From positions 216,814,001 to 216,878,000 of the forward strand of contig OZ024742.1 of NCBI GenBank assembly GCA_964016885.1: 64,000 nt of DNA, given 5' to 3'. A program made the position numbers and the translations under genes. Positions 15,620-29,592 of this stretch are shown one piece after another; positions within the stretch are counted from its first letter, which is position 1; every line of letters starts with the position of its first letter. This DNA comes from Eledone cirrhosa (taxonomy: Eukaryota). The notes beneath the pieces were generated by a model, which saw nothing but the letters and a program-made list of their open reading frames with translations, ran no database searches and was not told the origin of the DNA.

Positions 15620-17246
15620 AATAAACAATACAATATAATTACCTCATTACCAGAGGTTTCCCGAATAAGACGAATACGAAAAACGTCCTCATTCGTTCAT
15701 CGGACAAGGCAATTTAAAACATAGTGAAATATTTGAATAATCTCGTCAAGAAAGGCAAGATTTTAACGGGCAAAAAAAATATAAAGCAAGAGATATATAA
15801 AAATAAGGAAATATAGTTAGGGTATGTGTATAAATGTGTATATATTCACTCACAAATGTACATATGTGTGTATGTACAAATGCATGTGTATAGTGAAAAT
15901 GTGTGCGTAGGTACATATATGAGGGCATGCATAATAGTGTATGTGTGACCACAAATACGTATATAATACAAGTTGAAAAAGGAATTGTAAGATAATGTAC
16001 ATCCAGATATAGATATTAAATATATACACATACAAGTATGAAAGCACGCGTATAAACACACACACACACGCGATCATTTATATGCGGAAGATAAAAGGAA
16101 AGGGAGTGTATTAGTCAAAAAGAGTGTCATATTTGATACATATAAAAATAAAACAATATATGAAAAAAATGTTGTTTAAATCAAAGAGAAAGTAAGAGGG
16201 AGGGGTTAGCAATTATAAATTAACACTAGAGAAAAAGAAAACAAACATAGGTTCGCACGTACGCACACATACATATAAAAATATATATATATGAATACGT
16301 ACAGGCAAAAGCGCATGCATACGTACATACATACACACGAAGCACACACATATATATATATATATCGCAGCACTTATATCTAAGCACACGTACGTACGTG
16401 ACTATATATATACATATATGCATACACACACATACATACATATACATATACATATATATATATACACATACTTATACACATACATTCACCCACATACACA
16501 CACTCGTATAAATATAGATATAAAAACACACATGCTCACACATATAGACACACACACGCACACATACGGAGGCGCATGCACACTCACACGCATAGATACA
16601 AATTATAAACCAGCCATATGAAAAAAAGAAATACAAATATAAAAGCGTGTGCGAAACAACAGAATATATCTGGAGTTGAAAACGCAAGTGACAAGTAATA
16701 TCAGGTAGTGAAAGAAAATGGGGAGGTAAAATGTGGAATGTGAAGATATTAGGTAAGTTAATCAAAAAGTAGGGGGGGGGGGAGGTCACTGGTGGATGTG
16801 AAGTGAAAATAAAAATAAAAATGAAAATAAAGTTAAAACTGAAAGTAAATCAGAAAGAGAAGTCTGTAAAGAGGATAATTTAAGGAAAGTGAAGAACAAA
16901 AGTTTATGGAGGATAAGTATCTGAAAGTGAGTTAAGTTTATATGAGCTGGAAAGCAAGTGTGATTTCATGTGTGGGCAACTGGTGAAAATTTCTGTTTTT
17001 GTATTTAGGCAGGTTTTTGGTGATTTAAGGTTCTGTAAAACCCAATATTTTTCACTTATGCAGAGTGTGCATATTCTTGTTCCTCTTGCATATTCTTTAG
17101 ATTGGTTCAAAATTGACCAATCCAATTTATATTGGATACCTTGGTCTTTCAAATCCCATATTCTGCTAGACAGAGTTGTTGTAAATCTTTTTTCTGGGTG
17201 TCGGAAAGATGCGACATGTGAGTAATAACGCGTTTTGAATTTGTCT

Positions 17247-17250
<4 letters not shown>
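15620..17250 (-). mobile_element. Penelope-like element 3' part (GIY-YIG C-terminus, 3' UTR, terminal repeat with degenerate HHR)
   Basis: ORF 16904..17152 'WSILNQSKEY...CTLCISEK...LNTKTEIFTSCPH'. Minus strand about 15645-15715 reads CCGATGA-cgaatgaggacg/cgtcttattcg-GAAACctctgGTA. Confidence 0.7.
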
Positions 17251-17332
<82 letters not shown>

Positions 17333-18299
17333 GTGTATTTATATGCACGTAAATGTTCTATCTATAGTAAATTGTCTTCGATGTTACATACTTAAAGTGT
17401 TGCCTATGTAAACCGTAGCAGAATAATATCATAGAAGATTCCTTTTTTAACGTGTTAGAAACCAATTTTATAAGTAGGCATGCTCATACTCATTTGAATC
17501 GTCACTAGTTTGCTGGTACATAATTTAGTAACACAAAGGAATAAAAACCGAACGTTACGCCGATGGAATTTAAAATCGAAACCTAAATAAAAACTTTTTG
17601 TCAAGGATTATACCGTTTTTGTTAGTTCTACAACTCTCTTGGAAGGTAAATATATAAACGTAGTGGTTCTGGTAGATGCTACTAAATATATCAGGAGATT
17701 GGATCCATAAAATTGAATATAAAAGACCTAACATTCTGAAATGTGCTAAGCAGAAATAGCATAGAATAACATATGCTGACCTTCCTCCTGAGGTAGTTCT
17801 GAATTGAAGTAATATCCAATTTTCTAACAAAGACTAGAGACACTAGATGGTATTAAACCGAATCCTTATGTCTCTATATGGCGGAAGATGGATTAAATAA
17901 GGAAATAAATGACAATAATTATTTCAGGATATATTCCCAGTACTAAGCTATGTCTTCATAGGAAATATGTATTGTGCTAAGTAAAAAGGATTTATAATTC
18001 CAAGATTCCATCCTTTTAGATTAGATTAAAGCAAGAATTGTAAAGTGTAGGTTCTTGACGTGGGATATTGTTCCTGTGGCAGTTTACTTCATTAACATAG
18101 ATAATGTATAGAAAAGAAATGGTATTTCCATTTGTCATTAATATTAAACTGCCAGTCACAAACGTCCACGACTAAAGTAGTTACGACAGATAGTATCCCT
18201 AACCGGGTATTCTTTGAAAGAAAAGTAACGTCATGTTATAATTGATTTTTTTAGATTGGAGGAAGAGAGAATATAAGTATGCCCGAGGTCGTTATTCAC

Positions 18300-18590
18300 C
18301 ACATAAAGTGAAATTGGTACAATCAGAGTTTGAAACCGATTTGGGAAATAATCTATCGTCTTCTTCTCCCACTTATTCCTGAGGGGGTCATGGGGGCAGA
18401 GTCCTCAAACGCTCCCTCCTGCGGCTCCTGTCAGAAGCAACCGTCTCTACCTGATCCAGCTGGAACCCCAAGTGTGACCAGCCACGCTCATGAATGTTAT
18501 CCAACCCTCTTGCTCGGGGTCTACTCCTAGGTTAGTTTTGCCCGAAAAATCTGTCCAGCAATCCTTTCCTGAGACTCGCTGGACAGATGT
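18300..18590 (-). mobile_element. LINE (RTE-like) 3' end; same family as 54998-55245
   Basis: Shared cccacttattcc..gagggg tc..ggggg.agagtcctcaaa...ggttagttttgcccg. Minus strand encodes a 'RPRARxLDNI' C-terminus. Confidence 0.65.
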
Positions 18591-18784
18591 TAATCTATCG
18601 TGCTCAGCAATATTATGAACACAGAATGAAATAATCTGAATTAATGTGGTTTTGTTTCATTTCTATTTTTTACAAAATACTATTTGATACTATTTTACAT
18701 CACAATTACTGTTGGATTTTATTTTAGTGTAAATTGTAATGTTTTCTATTTAATTTTAACGTTACATTACAATGTTTTGTATAT

Positions 18785-18942
18785 AGAATAATGAGACGGT
18801 CTAATTTGATACCAGGCACAAATGCCTATCTTTGATGAGTTAATATCTGTATACAACAACTACAACGGTACGCGATGGGGCCCATAACTCATCAAAGATA
18901 GGCATTTGTGCCTGGCATCACATTAGACCGTCTCATTATTCT
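18785..18942. repeat. About 58-bp inverted repeat hairpin
   Basis: agaataatgagacggtctaat...ctttgatgagtta, with its reverse complement at 18885-18942. Confidence 0.85.
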
Positions 18943-21232
18943 GTTTTGTATTCATTTCAAAAAGCCCATGCTGTCTTCTTAAATACATTTTTCTCGTGTT
19001 AGAGCAATATTAGAAATACTGTTTGCATGAAATTTCCTACATTTCCAATACCAAACACATATCAATAAGATTGCTTTTTACAAAAAAAAATAATAATAAA
19101 GGTACGAGGCGAAATAAAGAATGGTAGTATACATTCGAAAGATCAACATGATCGGAATAAACAATCAACAAAAGAAATGTTTATGTAACAAATGGGAATT
19201 AGTTAATTCTAAAAAATTGCTGAAGAAAATAGTGTAAAAATCAAATTATAATAGAAGAAAAAGAAAATGCTCAAATAATGATTATTTTGGGGCTTAGATA
19301 GGTCAGTTTTCGAGAGCACAGTAGAATATTTCAATTCTAGTAGCTAGATTATAGCTGATTTATCTAGTAGGAAAGATTTAGAATTAATTTAATCTTTTTA
19401 CTGTCGACAGTGATGCAAAAAGCCGAAAACCAATTCTGATTTATATAGTGTTAAACGAATGAGAGACAAATAACTCTTAGAAAGAATACCAATCTATCAC
19501 AGATATGTTTGGCACGTTGAGGTCTGAAACTCAACATTTCGTAACAACTACCAATAACAGTGAAATATACAATCCATTTTCGTTCTATTCGTCCAGATAG
19601 ACACCGTAGGTGCCTCGGTGGCTAACCTCTATATCAGACCGCTGATGTAAGCACGAACCGGGGATTCGTCTATTGTATCGCCATAGATTCGAACATCTAC
19701 CGTTCTTAAGGTGCTTTAAACTGTTGGTTTCGAAGTTAAATACATGACCAAATATTCTATAGTAATAGAGTGTTTTTGATTCTTCTTAACTTTAGCGACT
19801 CTGTGAAGGAATGGCAATTGACCGACTGATTCCGTTTCATGTTGGTCGCCGTCGAGACATTCGGTGTACTTGGTTCCCGAACTACCGTTTTCCTCGACAA
19901 AATCGGGAGGAGTGCATACGGCCTGAAGAAGGAGTCCCATGAGGTAAGGTGACTGATGCAATTGGTATCACTGGCTGTTCTTCGCAGCTATGCCTTCGCC
20001 ATTTTGTCCGAGGGACACAGCTGAGATATACCGTTTAGACATGGTTGTAGAGTTTGCCCATTCCTCTCTCTTTCTCTTATTTTCACTAATTCATTTTTTC
20101 TCTTTCTTTTTCGTTTATATTTCCATCTTAATACGTAAACCAAAGTAGAATTTGAACTGAGAACGTAGATGATAATAATTAAAGAATATAAGACATTCAA
20201 CTTCATCGTTTCTGTCATTCTATCATAGTTACTCTACTGACACAAGACCACAGAATTCGGAGGGATGAATGTAGTCGATTTAGTGGAACCGGCTATAAGA
20301 GACTTACGTTGTGTAGAACGAAAGTCAATTAAGCTGCTATTATAATACAAAAGCAAAACAAGGCACGCCATAAACAAAGAATACCACAAAACATTTTGAG
20401 TGACAATCTGCTTAATTTGGTATTCTCTGTCTTTGAATTGGTTAAATAATGATTTCTCACATTAGAAGGCTGTTAGTAGAGTTTTGGTTGTTGTTTTTGT
20501 TGTTCACAGGTTTTAGGTTTTAGTAGTCGCCTATGAGGTTACATCTTTTAAGCAGTTTCCTGGATGTTTTAATTACAGTCCTATTATGTCACCATTTTCC
20601 CGGTGACAAAGAGGTGGAACTTGAACGCAAAAAGATGGAACAGATATCAACTCTCTAACAATTCTAGTAATCCATCGACCTGAATTGGTTCTTTATTTAT
20701 CGAGCATGAAAGAACGAAAGACAATGTTGACAATAGTGAGATTTGAACTCAGGGTGTAAAGAAACTAGAAAATAGTAGGCTGAATTGAAGAATTACCTAG
20801 CTGAATTGAACAAATAAATTACTGGTATTTATCGACACATGTAGGATGTGGGAGTACTTATCAACTGTAGCACCACTGCCTTTATAGATGAAATAATGAT
20901 TTATAATACTGGAACAACGCAGCAAATTCTGTAGTGGATTGAATCGATCTCCAAGACATTAATCGTACTTGTTTATCGATCCAAGAATGATTAATAGGCG
21001 GGATTTTCTATTTTGCTCTTTGCAACAAATGTTATTTTTTAATGAATGATGATTCTCCCTATTTATTTCTGAACATTGAGAAATAATTTCTGTCATCACC
21101 ATTTTTTTTCCTCCATTGTATGTTAGGAATACAATTTATATGAAATAGCTGAAAGCAAAAATCTAACATTTTAATGCTTTTGCTCTATTTGACATTATAC
21201 GATATTAGGTCTTGTGCTTAAATTAGAAAACA

Positions 21233-21252
21233 TTCTTCTTCTTCTTCTTCTT

Positions 21253-21282
<30 letters not shown>
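21233..21282. repeat. (CTT)n microsatellite
   Basis: Direct reading. Confidence 0.95.
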
Positions 21283-21285
<3 letters not shown>

Positions 21286-21669
21286 ATTATTTTTATTATT
21301 ATTAAAAATAAAGTACCAGTAATGTACTGGGTAATTGCTTGTGCCAAAAGTAGAAACAATTATTATTATTATTATTATTGGACGTTGAAATGAATGGACG
21401 TACTATCTTGAGCTCGAGTAGGTTTGTTATTCCTACGCTTTTAAAAACGTTTGTTATTAATACTTTTTGTTTCAAAAGGGGCATGAAACTTTAGTCTTTT
21501 CCCTCAAGAAAGAATTCCTCATAACATTTAGCCCAAATATTTAACCTTTGTGTGTTTAAAAGAACATTTTTATCGAAAAAGAAAAACTTTCAGTTTGCTG
21601 TCGTGTGACAGTGAGTCAAACGTTGAGACTAATAGCTCTGCACCTTCCGCAACAATTTTAAAATGTAAC

Positions 21670-24600
21670 AACACATCAGGCAATATCGCCAACACTAACA
21701 CCAACAACAACAACACCAACAACAACAACACCAACAACACTAACACCAACAACAACAACACCAACAACAACAACAATAGCAACAGCGACAGTACCAGCGA
21801 TCCGGGTTCCGCCTTCAGTGGATATTGCTTGAATGATGGCGGAGACAACAACAATCCTAGACGTCATGCGTATAAGACAGGAAACTGGTCAGGCTCGGGG
21901 ATGGAGCTAATCATCCAATCAAACTATGAAAGCATACAAGCCATCACCGATGTGTTCGAACTGGACGACGGCAGCCATCTACCCGTGACAGTCGAAGGTA
22001 GGCGTCTAAGGTGTCATGGGTGCGGAAACAAAATAGACCTTAAGGCCTTCTACCCCAAACGCACCAAGGCTCCTCCTTCTCCCTATGCGGTGCCCCGCGA
22101 CTGGAGTGGCCAGACCACTCGAGGCTGCAGTGGCAGAAAAACTACCAGCACCAGCGACACCAACGACAAAAACACCATCTCCTCCACCACCAGCAGCGCC
22201 AACAAGACTAATGGAGAGCATGCCACTTTCCGATATCTCTAAATCGGACAGGCAGTGTGATGACGCGGAAGGGTGGAAAACTATCACGGCGAAAAACAAA
22301 AGAAAGAACTCCCTACCTTCGCCTTCCAAAAAAAAAAGGAGGAAAAAAACAAAACAATTAAAAATTCAACGACCCCACCGCCATCACCAACAACAGCCAC
22401 ACACCCCACAAAGATCTACACCATTACTACCACCATCGACACTACCACCACCGCCATCATTATCATTTACCCCATCCTCACCTCAAGCAACACTACATCA
22501 AACACGGGAAGCAACAAAAGCAGACACAATACACAGCTATAGACACAGACAACACAAAGCTTTTAAATTACAATCAACACCACCACCAACATCACAGGAA
22601 CAAATTACATACAAACCATCAAAATAGCACCTCCCACACGCATAAAAATAATTGAAATCTCTCAAAAGAATAACACAACATTAAAGAAAAAGTTCCCGCG
22701 CAAAATGGAGACTATCGTGGGACCCTCTCGAAAAGAATATACTCTGATATTCTCGTGGAGAAATCCATCACTGGTTGGAGGGATGGATCACCCACCCCCT
22801 TTCTAAAAAAGCCAAAGATGAGGTTTTTACTTTTCCCCTCTCACTTATTTTCTTCCTATCTTAGCCAACATGGCTTCTCTCGGGATAGGCAGTATGAATG
22901 CACGTGGCCTGGGGCGTCATGGAAGCAGGGTGACCTGCTCAACGATCTCCGGTCGCTAAACATAGATGTGGTGGCCATCAGCGAGACCAGAATCTCCGAG
23001 TCACGAGCATTGGCACCCATTTTCGGCGGCTACGAGGTGTACACATCTCCAAACCATTCCGGATCTGGGAGAGGAGTGACTGTTGTTCCGGAGTAGTCTG
23101 AATCTCGAGATACTGGCAGCCTTCTTGGACCCAGACAGTAAGTTGGTGGTGGTGCTGGGCGTGACCAGCAAAGAAGGGCAAGCTTTCAGGCTAGCGCCCC
23201 GACAGAGACAGAACGGCCTGACTTCTTCCGGTGACTACGAACCTCCCGCTCTTTAGTGTTAATGGGCGACTGGAACGGGATCTTAGATGCACACTGGGAC
23301 TGTATGGGATTAGTGTATAGGGGAAGAGGGTGAAAAGCCTCGAAAATTTGTTCAGAAGTTTTCAACTGTCTGATAGGTACCATCTGGTTTCCTGAATGTA
23401 CCAATGTGGACATGGACAAACCGCATCGGGTCATCCAGATCGTATCTAGACATGGTATTTTGTAGGGAAATAGGTTTGTCTAGCATAGGCAGTCCACATT
23501 CAAGATAGTCGTCTACACAGACCACAAATTCGAGATCTGTGTGGTCGACTTAGATAGGATTCATAGACAGGGACCCGGCTACTAGAAGCTAAACGCATCG
23601 TTGACAGCACGCTAAGCCTACAGAGACCGGATTAGCGAAATAGTTAAATGGGCATTGACAGAGGCCATCGTCAACAACGAATGGCGGTTTGGCCTGAAAA
23701 GAGCGATTAGAATAGAGTCCGTTAGGTTTAGTAAGGCGTTAGCAATAGAAAAAAATAGAGAAGAAGGAGAACTAGTTAGAAAATTAGACGAGGCGCTTAG
23801 CAAAGCCATCACGACCGACGTGCTTGAGGCGAAATTTGCCCTCGATCAATTTTTCAACGCAAAGCACGAAGGCTTGCGTTGTCAGAGCTAGGGCGCGTGC
23901 TCTCAGACACGAGGGGACGAAAGCCGTTCAGTGGGCCTGAGTGGCGGAGGGAGCATCGTGGCAACAAAGACACGACCCGGTCTTTGAAGGACCACGACAA
24001 GCGCATGTTACTCGAACCCGGGCAAATGTGAGCGGCCTTTCAGCGGCACTTCGCTCAGCTGTTCAAGAGCAGCGGTGGGTCGGATCGCAGGATGGACTTT
24101 AGCGCCTACCTCGAGGGTTCCCCGCGGCTCTCGACCTCTGAGGTGGAGTGTTGCGAAAAGCCGATAACAGCCGCTGAAGTACGGGTAGCAATGACTGACT
24201 ACACGATGGCTAAATCGCCTGGTTTGTATGGTCTGTACTACGATCTTTACGTACACATGCCAGACTTGTTCGGCGACCTCTTGACGGACGTTTACTGCAA
24301 CTGGCAGCAGAAGGGGAGATTTCACAGCTCTGTGAGCGGAGGAGCAGTAGCGCTGCTCAAAAGGGACCCGAACAAGGGGGACGAGTTAGATAATTTCAAG
24401 CCCATAATTCTGCTAAACGCCCAGTTCAAGATTTTGGCCAAGGTGCTAGCAAAGAGGTTGGCGCTTGTCGTCGATGGTCGGATGGCAGAGGTGCAGACAT
24501 GCGCCATTCCAGATAAATCCATCTCCGACAAACTCCACCTCATCCGATACATCTTGGAGTAGGGTTGCCAACGAACTTGGCACGGGAGGGGCCTTGTTCA

Positions 24601-25520
24601 ATTTAGATCAGTCGAAAACTTTCGATAGGATCGACTATCCTTATCTGGCGGCGGTCCTGAGGGCGGCCGGCTTTGGGCCCGTCTTCAGAGGCTGGATCGC
24701 TGCCATGCACAGCGACATCTGCTCTGTGGTGAGAGTGAACGATCACCTTTCGTAACCGTTCAACATCATGCGCTCGGTCCGCCAAGGATGTCCCCTCTCG
24801 TCCCTGTTCACGTATTGACTCTCGAGCTATTACTGCACAAACTGGAGACGTTGAGGGATGTCCTGCTCGAACTGGGATGCGGAAGAACCGTGTCAGCATA
24901 TTCCGACGACGTCACCGTAGTGGTGTCGAGTGCCAAACACATCGAGGCGATCGGCACTACACCTAGTGAATACGAGGCGGTGACAGGGGCAATGATCAAC
25001 CAGGAAAAGTCGATGGATCTGCGATTTGGCACCTGGAGAAGCAGGTCGATGCCGTCAAACAGTGTCGTCGGGCGCTGGACGGACGGACCGGTTAAATTGC
25101 TAGGGGTCTGGTTCGGTCCGGACCTCCAGATGGACAAAAGCTGGGACGAGATGGCGAGCAGGGTGGCCTCTCTCGCCCAGAATTGGGCCGAGAGGAAGCT
25201 AGCTCTGAAAGGTCGAGCGGAGGTGGCAAACGCGTACATCACGTCCGTCATCTACTACTATATGACCGTCGTGCCTTGTCCTAAGCCTCACCTGACTGCG
25301 TTGGAGTGTTTGCTCTTTCGCTTTCTGTAGAAGGGACGCGCTTCGATGGTCAGGCGGTCCATCTGCTGACAACACCCGGTATGCGGAGGACTGTTATTAC
25401 TTTTTCCTATTACTTGTCTGTTTTTTTTGCTGTTAACTCGATTTATATAAATCCTCACTCTCCATGTACATTTGTATTGTTCTTTGTGTTTCGACCCTAG
25501 TGGTCAATAAAGAAATCATT
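21670..25520 (+). mobile_element. Decayed Tx1/L1-like LINE (ORF1 remnant, APE endonuclease, RT, 3' UTR)
   Basis: GC-rich island. ORF1-like 'LPVTVEGRRLRCHGCG'. APE motifs GSMNARGL and 'VVAISETR', plus MGDWN. RT motifs 'KSPGLYGL', 'NFKPIILLNAQFKILAKVLAKRL', 'LDQSKTFDRI', 'RQGCPLS', 'AYSDD', 'KLLGV'. Many stops and frameshifts. AATAAA near 25506. Confidence 0.9.
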
Positions 25521-25521
25521 A

Positions 25522-25890
25522 TTACGTCCCTCTACGATCTGAGTTCAAATCCCGCCGATGTTAACTTTGCCTTTCATCCTTACGAGGTCGATAAAATAAA
25601 GTACCAGTAATGCACTGGGTAATTGCTGGCCTATTGCCAAAAGTAGAAACAATTATTATTATAATATTAAGGGCGGTGCACAGGCACTATGGGTAGAGCA
25701 TCAGACAATATGCTTTGTGGCATATAGTTACGACCCTTTACGCTTTGAGGTCAAATGTTGCTGAGGTTACCTTTACCTTTCGTCCTTACGGGGTCGATAA
25801 AATAAAGTACCAGTAATTCACTGGTTAGATTTACTTGACTTTCCCTCCCCCCAAATTGTTGGCCTTGAGCCAAATATAGAAACAATTATT
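25522..25890 (+). mobile_element. Two tandem SINE family A copies
   Basis: B-box, core and tail at 25522-25655 and again at 25670-25890. Confidence 0.8.
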
Positions 25891-26248
25891 ATTATGATTG
25901 GGTGTGAGATGTTAACAGAGTCGCAAGAGCACAGATGAAATTCTTTGTGTATTTAACTACTTCTCTTTACGTTCAAATTCGTTACCAATTAAACAGATTG
26001 TGATTATCTGGTGGATTTCTGCTAGAAATTACTATTGTTGTCTCGTCTGAAGTTATCGCCAATATTTCCTCAATGTACAGAGTTTTCAATTCAATTTTGA
26101 TTTCCTTTAAAACATTACGGATTCATTATATTAAGCATCTTGCACAACTCACAACTTCTTTATTACATACCTGAGTCATCTGAATTATGTTAATATGTAT
26201 TCATGTTTTTTTTTTAAGTATCCTGAATTTTGTCTGTTTCATTTATAG

Positions 26249-26624
26249 GTTATCTACAAAAGTTCATGTGCTATTGACATCAGCCATTTTCCATTTGATG
26301 AACAAGAATGTGATCTAAAATTTGGGTCATGGACGTACGACGGTTACAAACTGGATGTTAATTTCCTAAACAACTTAACCAAAATCGATCTGTCTGAATA
26401 CATGCCCAGTAATGCATGGGAAATAATCGAAGCTCCTGCCCGCCGAAATGTACAGTATTATAGTTGCTGTCCAGAGCCATATTATGATCTGACCTTCACA
26501 CTGAAGGTCAGGCGGCGATCGGCCTTTTACAACTATCTTTTGATTTTGCCGTGCATTTTACTTTCAACTCTTACATTGGTTCTCTTCTGGATACCTCCGG
26601 AATCCCCAGCCAAAATGGCTTTGG
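26249..26624 (+). CDS. nAChR alpha-type subunit exon: Cys-loop, loops B and C, M1, start of M2
   Basis: tttatag|GTT ATC TAC...TTG G|gtaagt. Translation has Cys-loop CAIDISHFPFDEQEC, loop B GSWTYDG, loop C YYSCCPEPY (vicinal Cys marks an alpha subunit), M1 and PPESPAKMALG. Confidence 0.97.
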
Positions 26625-26721
26625 GTAAGTACTTTTACTTTAGTGTTGTTTTATTTTAACTTCTCTTCTATGTTGTTTATTTATCATAGTGAAATATTGA
26701 AAGCTGTGCATTATGTTTAAG

Positions 26722-26892
26722 CAATGCCGGATTTAGGACAAATGAGACACTGTTCTAGTTAACTTATGATGCCCCTTACTTGGGCCTTGAAGGAGGTAGG
26801 CCCAGTAGGTCTACACAAGAAGATGCCTGCCCCACTGGCCAACGGGGCCCTGTGCTTAAGCACACCTAAGCACAATGGTAAATCCGGCACTG
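26722..26892. mobile_element. MITE-like element with 14-bp TIRs (hAT-like)
   Basis: CAATGCCGGATTTA...TAAATCCGGCACTG, one mismatch. No clear 8-bp TSD. Confidence 0.55.
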
Positions 26893-27629
26893 TAAATACC
26901 ATAAGATGAAGATGAATCTTTCCATTCTATATAAGGTAACTGACTTGAACGTCATATACTAGTATTTCAGAGTCGTAAATCTTTCATCAGTGTCTGACTC
27001 ACTCGGTACTGAGCTTCAGAAGCTAATATTACTTGTATATATATTTTTATGGTGACTTATATCTATTGTATATAAACATATTGTGTATGCTTGTATTTGC
27101 GCCTTTGTTCAAAATCACGCTGCGTTAGTGCTACTGGTAATTAGTTTTAGCTCGATAAGTCCACACTATATACAAGTAAGCCGACATTAAAAACGTATTT
27201 GTTGCATAATGCCTGTGTCTATGTTTACACTTGTTTTTGTGTCTGTGTTTATGTCCCGTAAGTAGCGGCTTGATAAAACAAGTGCCACACTTGAGAAAAT
27301 AAGTACTGGAGTCGATATCATCGACTAAGTTTCTTTAATGTGGTGCACCACACATCACCACATTTAAATGACTGAAACCAGTAAATGACTATATATATAT
27401 AAATATATGTGTGTGTTGTGTGTGTGTGTGTGTGTGTGCGTGCGTGTGTGTGTGTATGAGTAGTGAACTGCATTTTATAACATGTTGATACTGGTAGGGT
27501 AAGCCTATGTACCTCTATTCGTATGTAATGTAAACAGCAGCATTTGTTTTGTTTTGTTTTTGTTTCTTTAAAATTTTATTCTTAATTTTAACTATGATAA
27601 TGATTTTCTTTACTTTTTGTTTATTCTAG

Positions 27630-27713
27630 GTATTAACATTTTTGTGGCGTTTTTCTTACTCCTGGTTATTTTGGAATCCAGTTTACCGTCAGCATCAACC
27701 GTGCCTTTGCTTG
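27630..27713 (+). CDS. nAChR exon: M2 and M2-M3 loop
   Basis: ttctag|GT ATT AAC...CTT G|gtaag. 84 nt, phase 1/1. Encodes (G)INIFVAFFLLLVILESSLPSASTVPLL(G). Confidence 0.95.
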
Positions 27714-28669
27714 GTAAGATATTGTTGTCAGTTTTATGTAAAGGTTACAATAAATGAAAACATATATTTCTTTGAAAAACAAAGGTTCGTAGGACTAGTA
27801 ATTTTTATTCAGAATGTATGACGTAAAGCAAGTCACATATACTATAACTTACATGAAACACTATAATGTTTTTCAGTGATAACATTTTCAAATCACATAT
27901 GCCCATTATCCTGTTTTGTTAAGATAAGACACTAATTTTTCAGAGTTAAAATTCGAAAATCTAGTCAAATTATATAATTTTCTATCTTTTCAAGAGAGAT
28001 AATGAAACGCCTGAAGCCAAAACTGATCTTACGACACTTACATAAGTCAATAATCCAATAACATTATTTAAGGAAGCGCTCTAGACATATAAGGACTACG
28101 TTGTATTGATTTCTTGCATAACATGAAGTTCATAGAATATGGGAAATGTATGTGATTAACGTTCATTAGAAATTATATATCACCGGGTATTGAAATATAC
28201 GGTAATATGCATTAAAATGTATATCAGCGGGTATTGAAGCAACTTCACAGACTGGCTTACACTCAACACTTCGATCTATTTCATAGAACTTACCATGCAC
28301 AAATGCTACAAATCCATCTGCCTTACTATATAACACAAATTTATAGCACACATGCTATATATTAACCAAAGTGGATAAATTAATCCAAGTTATTAGGTCG
28401 AGCTAATGTTCAAACAATATTCTAGTCTTACATATTTCGTAGTATGAAATAAACGTTTACAATTTATTTAATACCTTTATTATATACATGATATGGATAT
28501 ATTACCTGAATATATTACCTATTATAAATGCCATGTCTAACGTAGCTTTGATGCCGAAATATGTTTGCTAATCGAACAGGTAAATGTTATGACATTGTTA
28601 TAACATACGGACGTCGTGGAGCTGAGGGAGAAAACTGTTCTTATCTAAAACTAAGGAAGATATTGTGTA

Positions 28670-28729
<60 letters not shown>

Positions 28730-28757
28730 GAGTGTGTGTGTCTATTTTATATACGCA

Positions 28758-28802
<45 letters not shown>

Positions 28803-28842
28803 AAGAAATCTAAGTTAAAATTAACTTCGTTCATTCATAGTC

Positions 28843-28901
28843 GCTGTTATATATATTTCGGTGATAACCATTACAGAACAGCTATGACCTCATCAGACAG
28901 C
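28843..28901 (-). ncRNA. Hammerhead ribozyme motif (minimal, palindromic loop 3)
   Basis: gctgt CTGATGA ggtcatagc...gttatcacc GAAA tatata TA acagc. Confidence 0.75.
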
Positions 28902-29009
28902 TAGAATTTGAACAGAAAAATATAATTATAGGATATAACTTCTGTTATTCCGATTTTTTTTATGTCGGGGCTGCAACTTTATGTTGTTTTCTCAAGGAAC
29001 CGAATTAAT

Positions 29010-29176
<167 letters not shown>

Positions 29177-29231
29177 CACATAAAAAACAGAATCAGTGTT
29201 GCGACGAAAGGAATTTATTGGACATATTTAT

Positions 29232-29503
29232 TGGGGGGGGTTATCTGTCGGATAGGTGCGATATGCGTCCGCCGCTGTTCGTTGTTTTGGGTTTTGAATA
29301 TCTGAGGTATTCAGCAGAGCGCGCGCGCGCGTGAAATGGGGTCGGTATAGCAGAGGTCGGCGGCCGAAATAGTTCTTTTAATTGTGAAAGTGGGGTGGCG
29401 TTAGCTGTCAATCCATTGTATTATCTGCCCGTGCTGGTTTCTGTATTAGCAGTGTTGAATAGCGTGTGGTGGTGGTAGTATTCCATGCCTGTTTGGTGAA
29501 TGC

Positions 29504-29592
<89 letters not shown>

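Noticed and set aside
19560-20050. GC-richer segment as a host exon
   Set aside because: No receptor motifs, and the flanking exons already join seamlessly. Probably an unclassified transposon fragment.
21550-22627. Asn-rich and Pro-rich host protein ORFs
   Set aside because: They lie in the ORF1 region of the decayed Tx1-like LINE and include an (AAC)n repeat.
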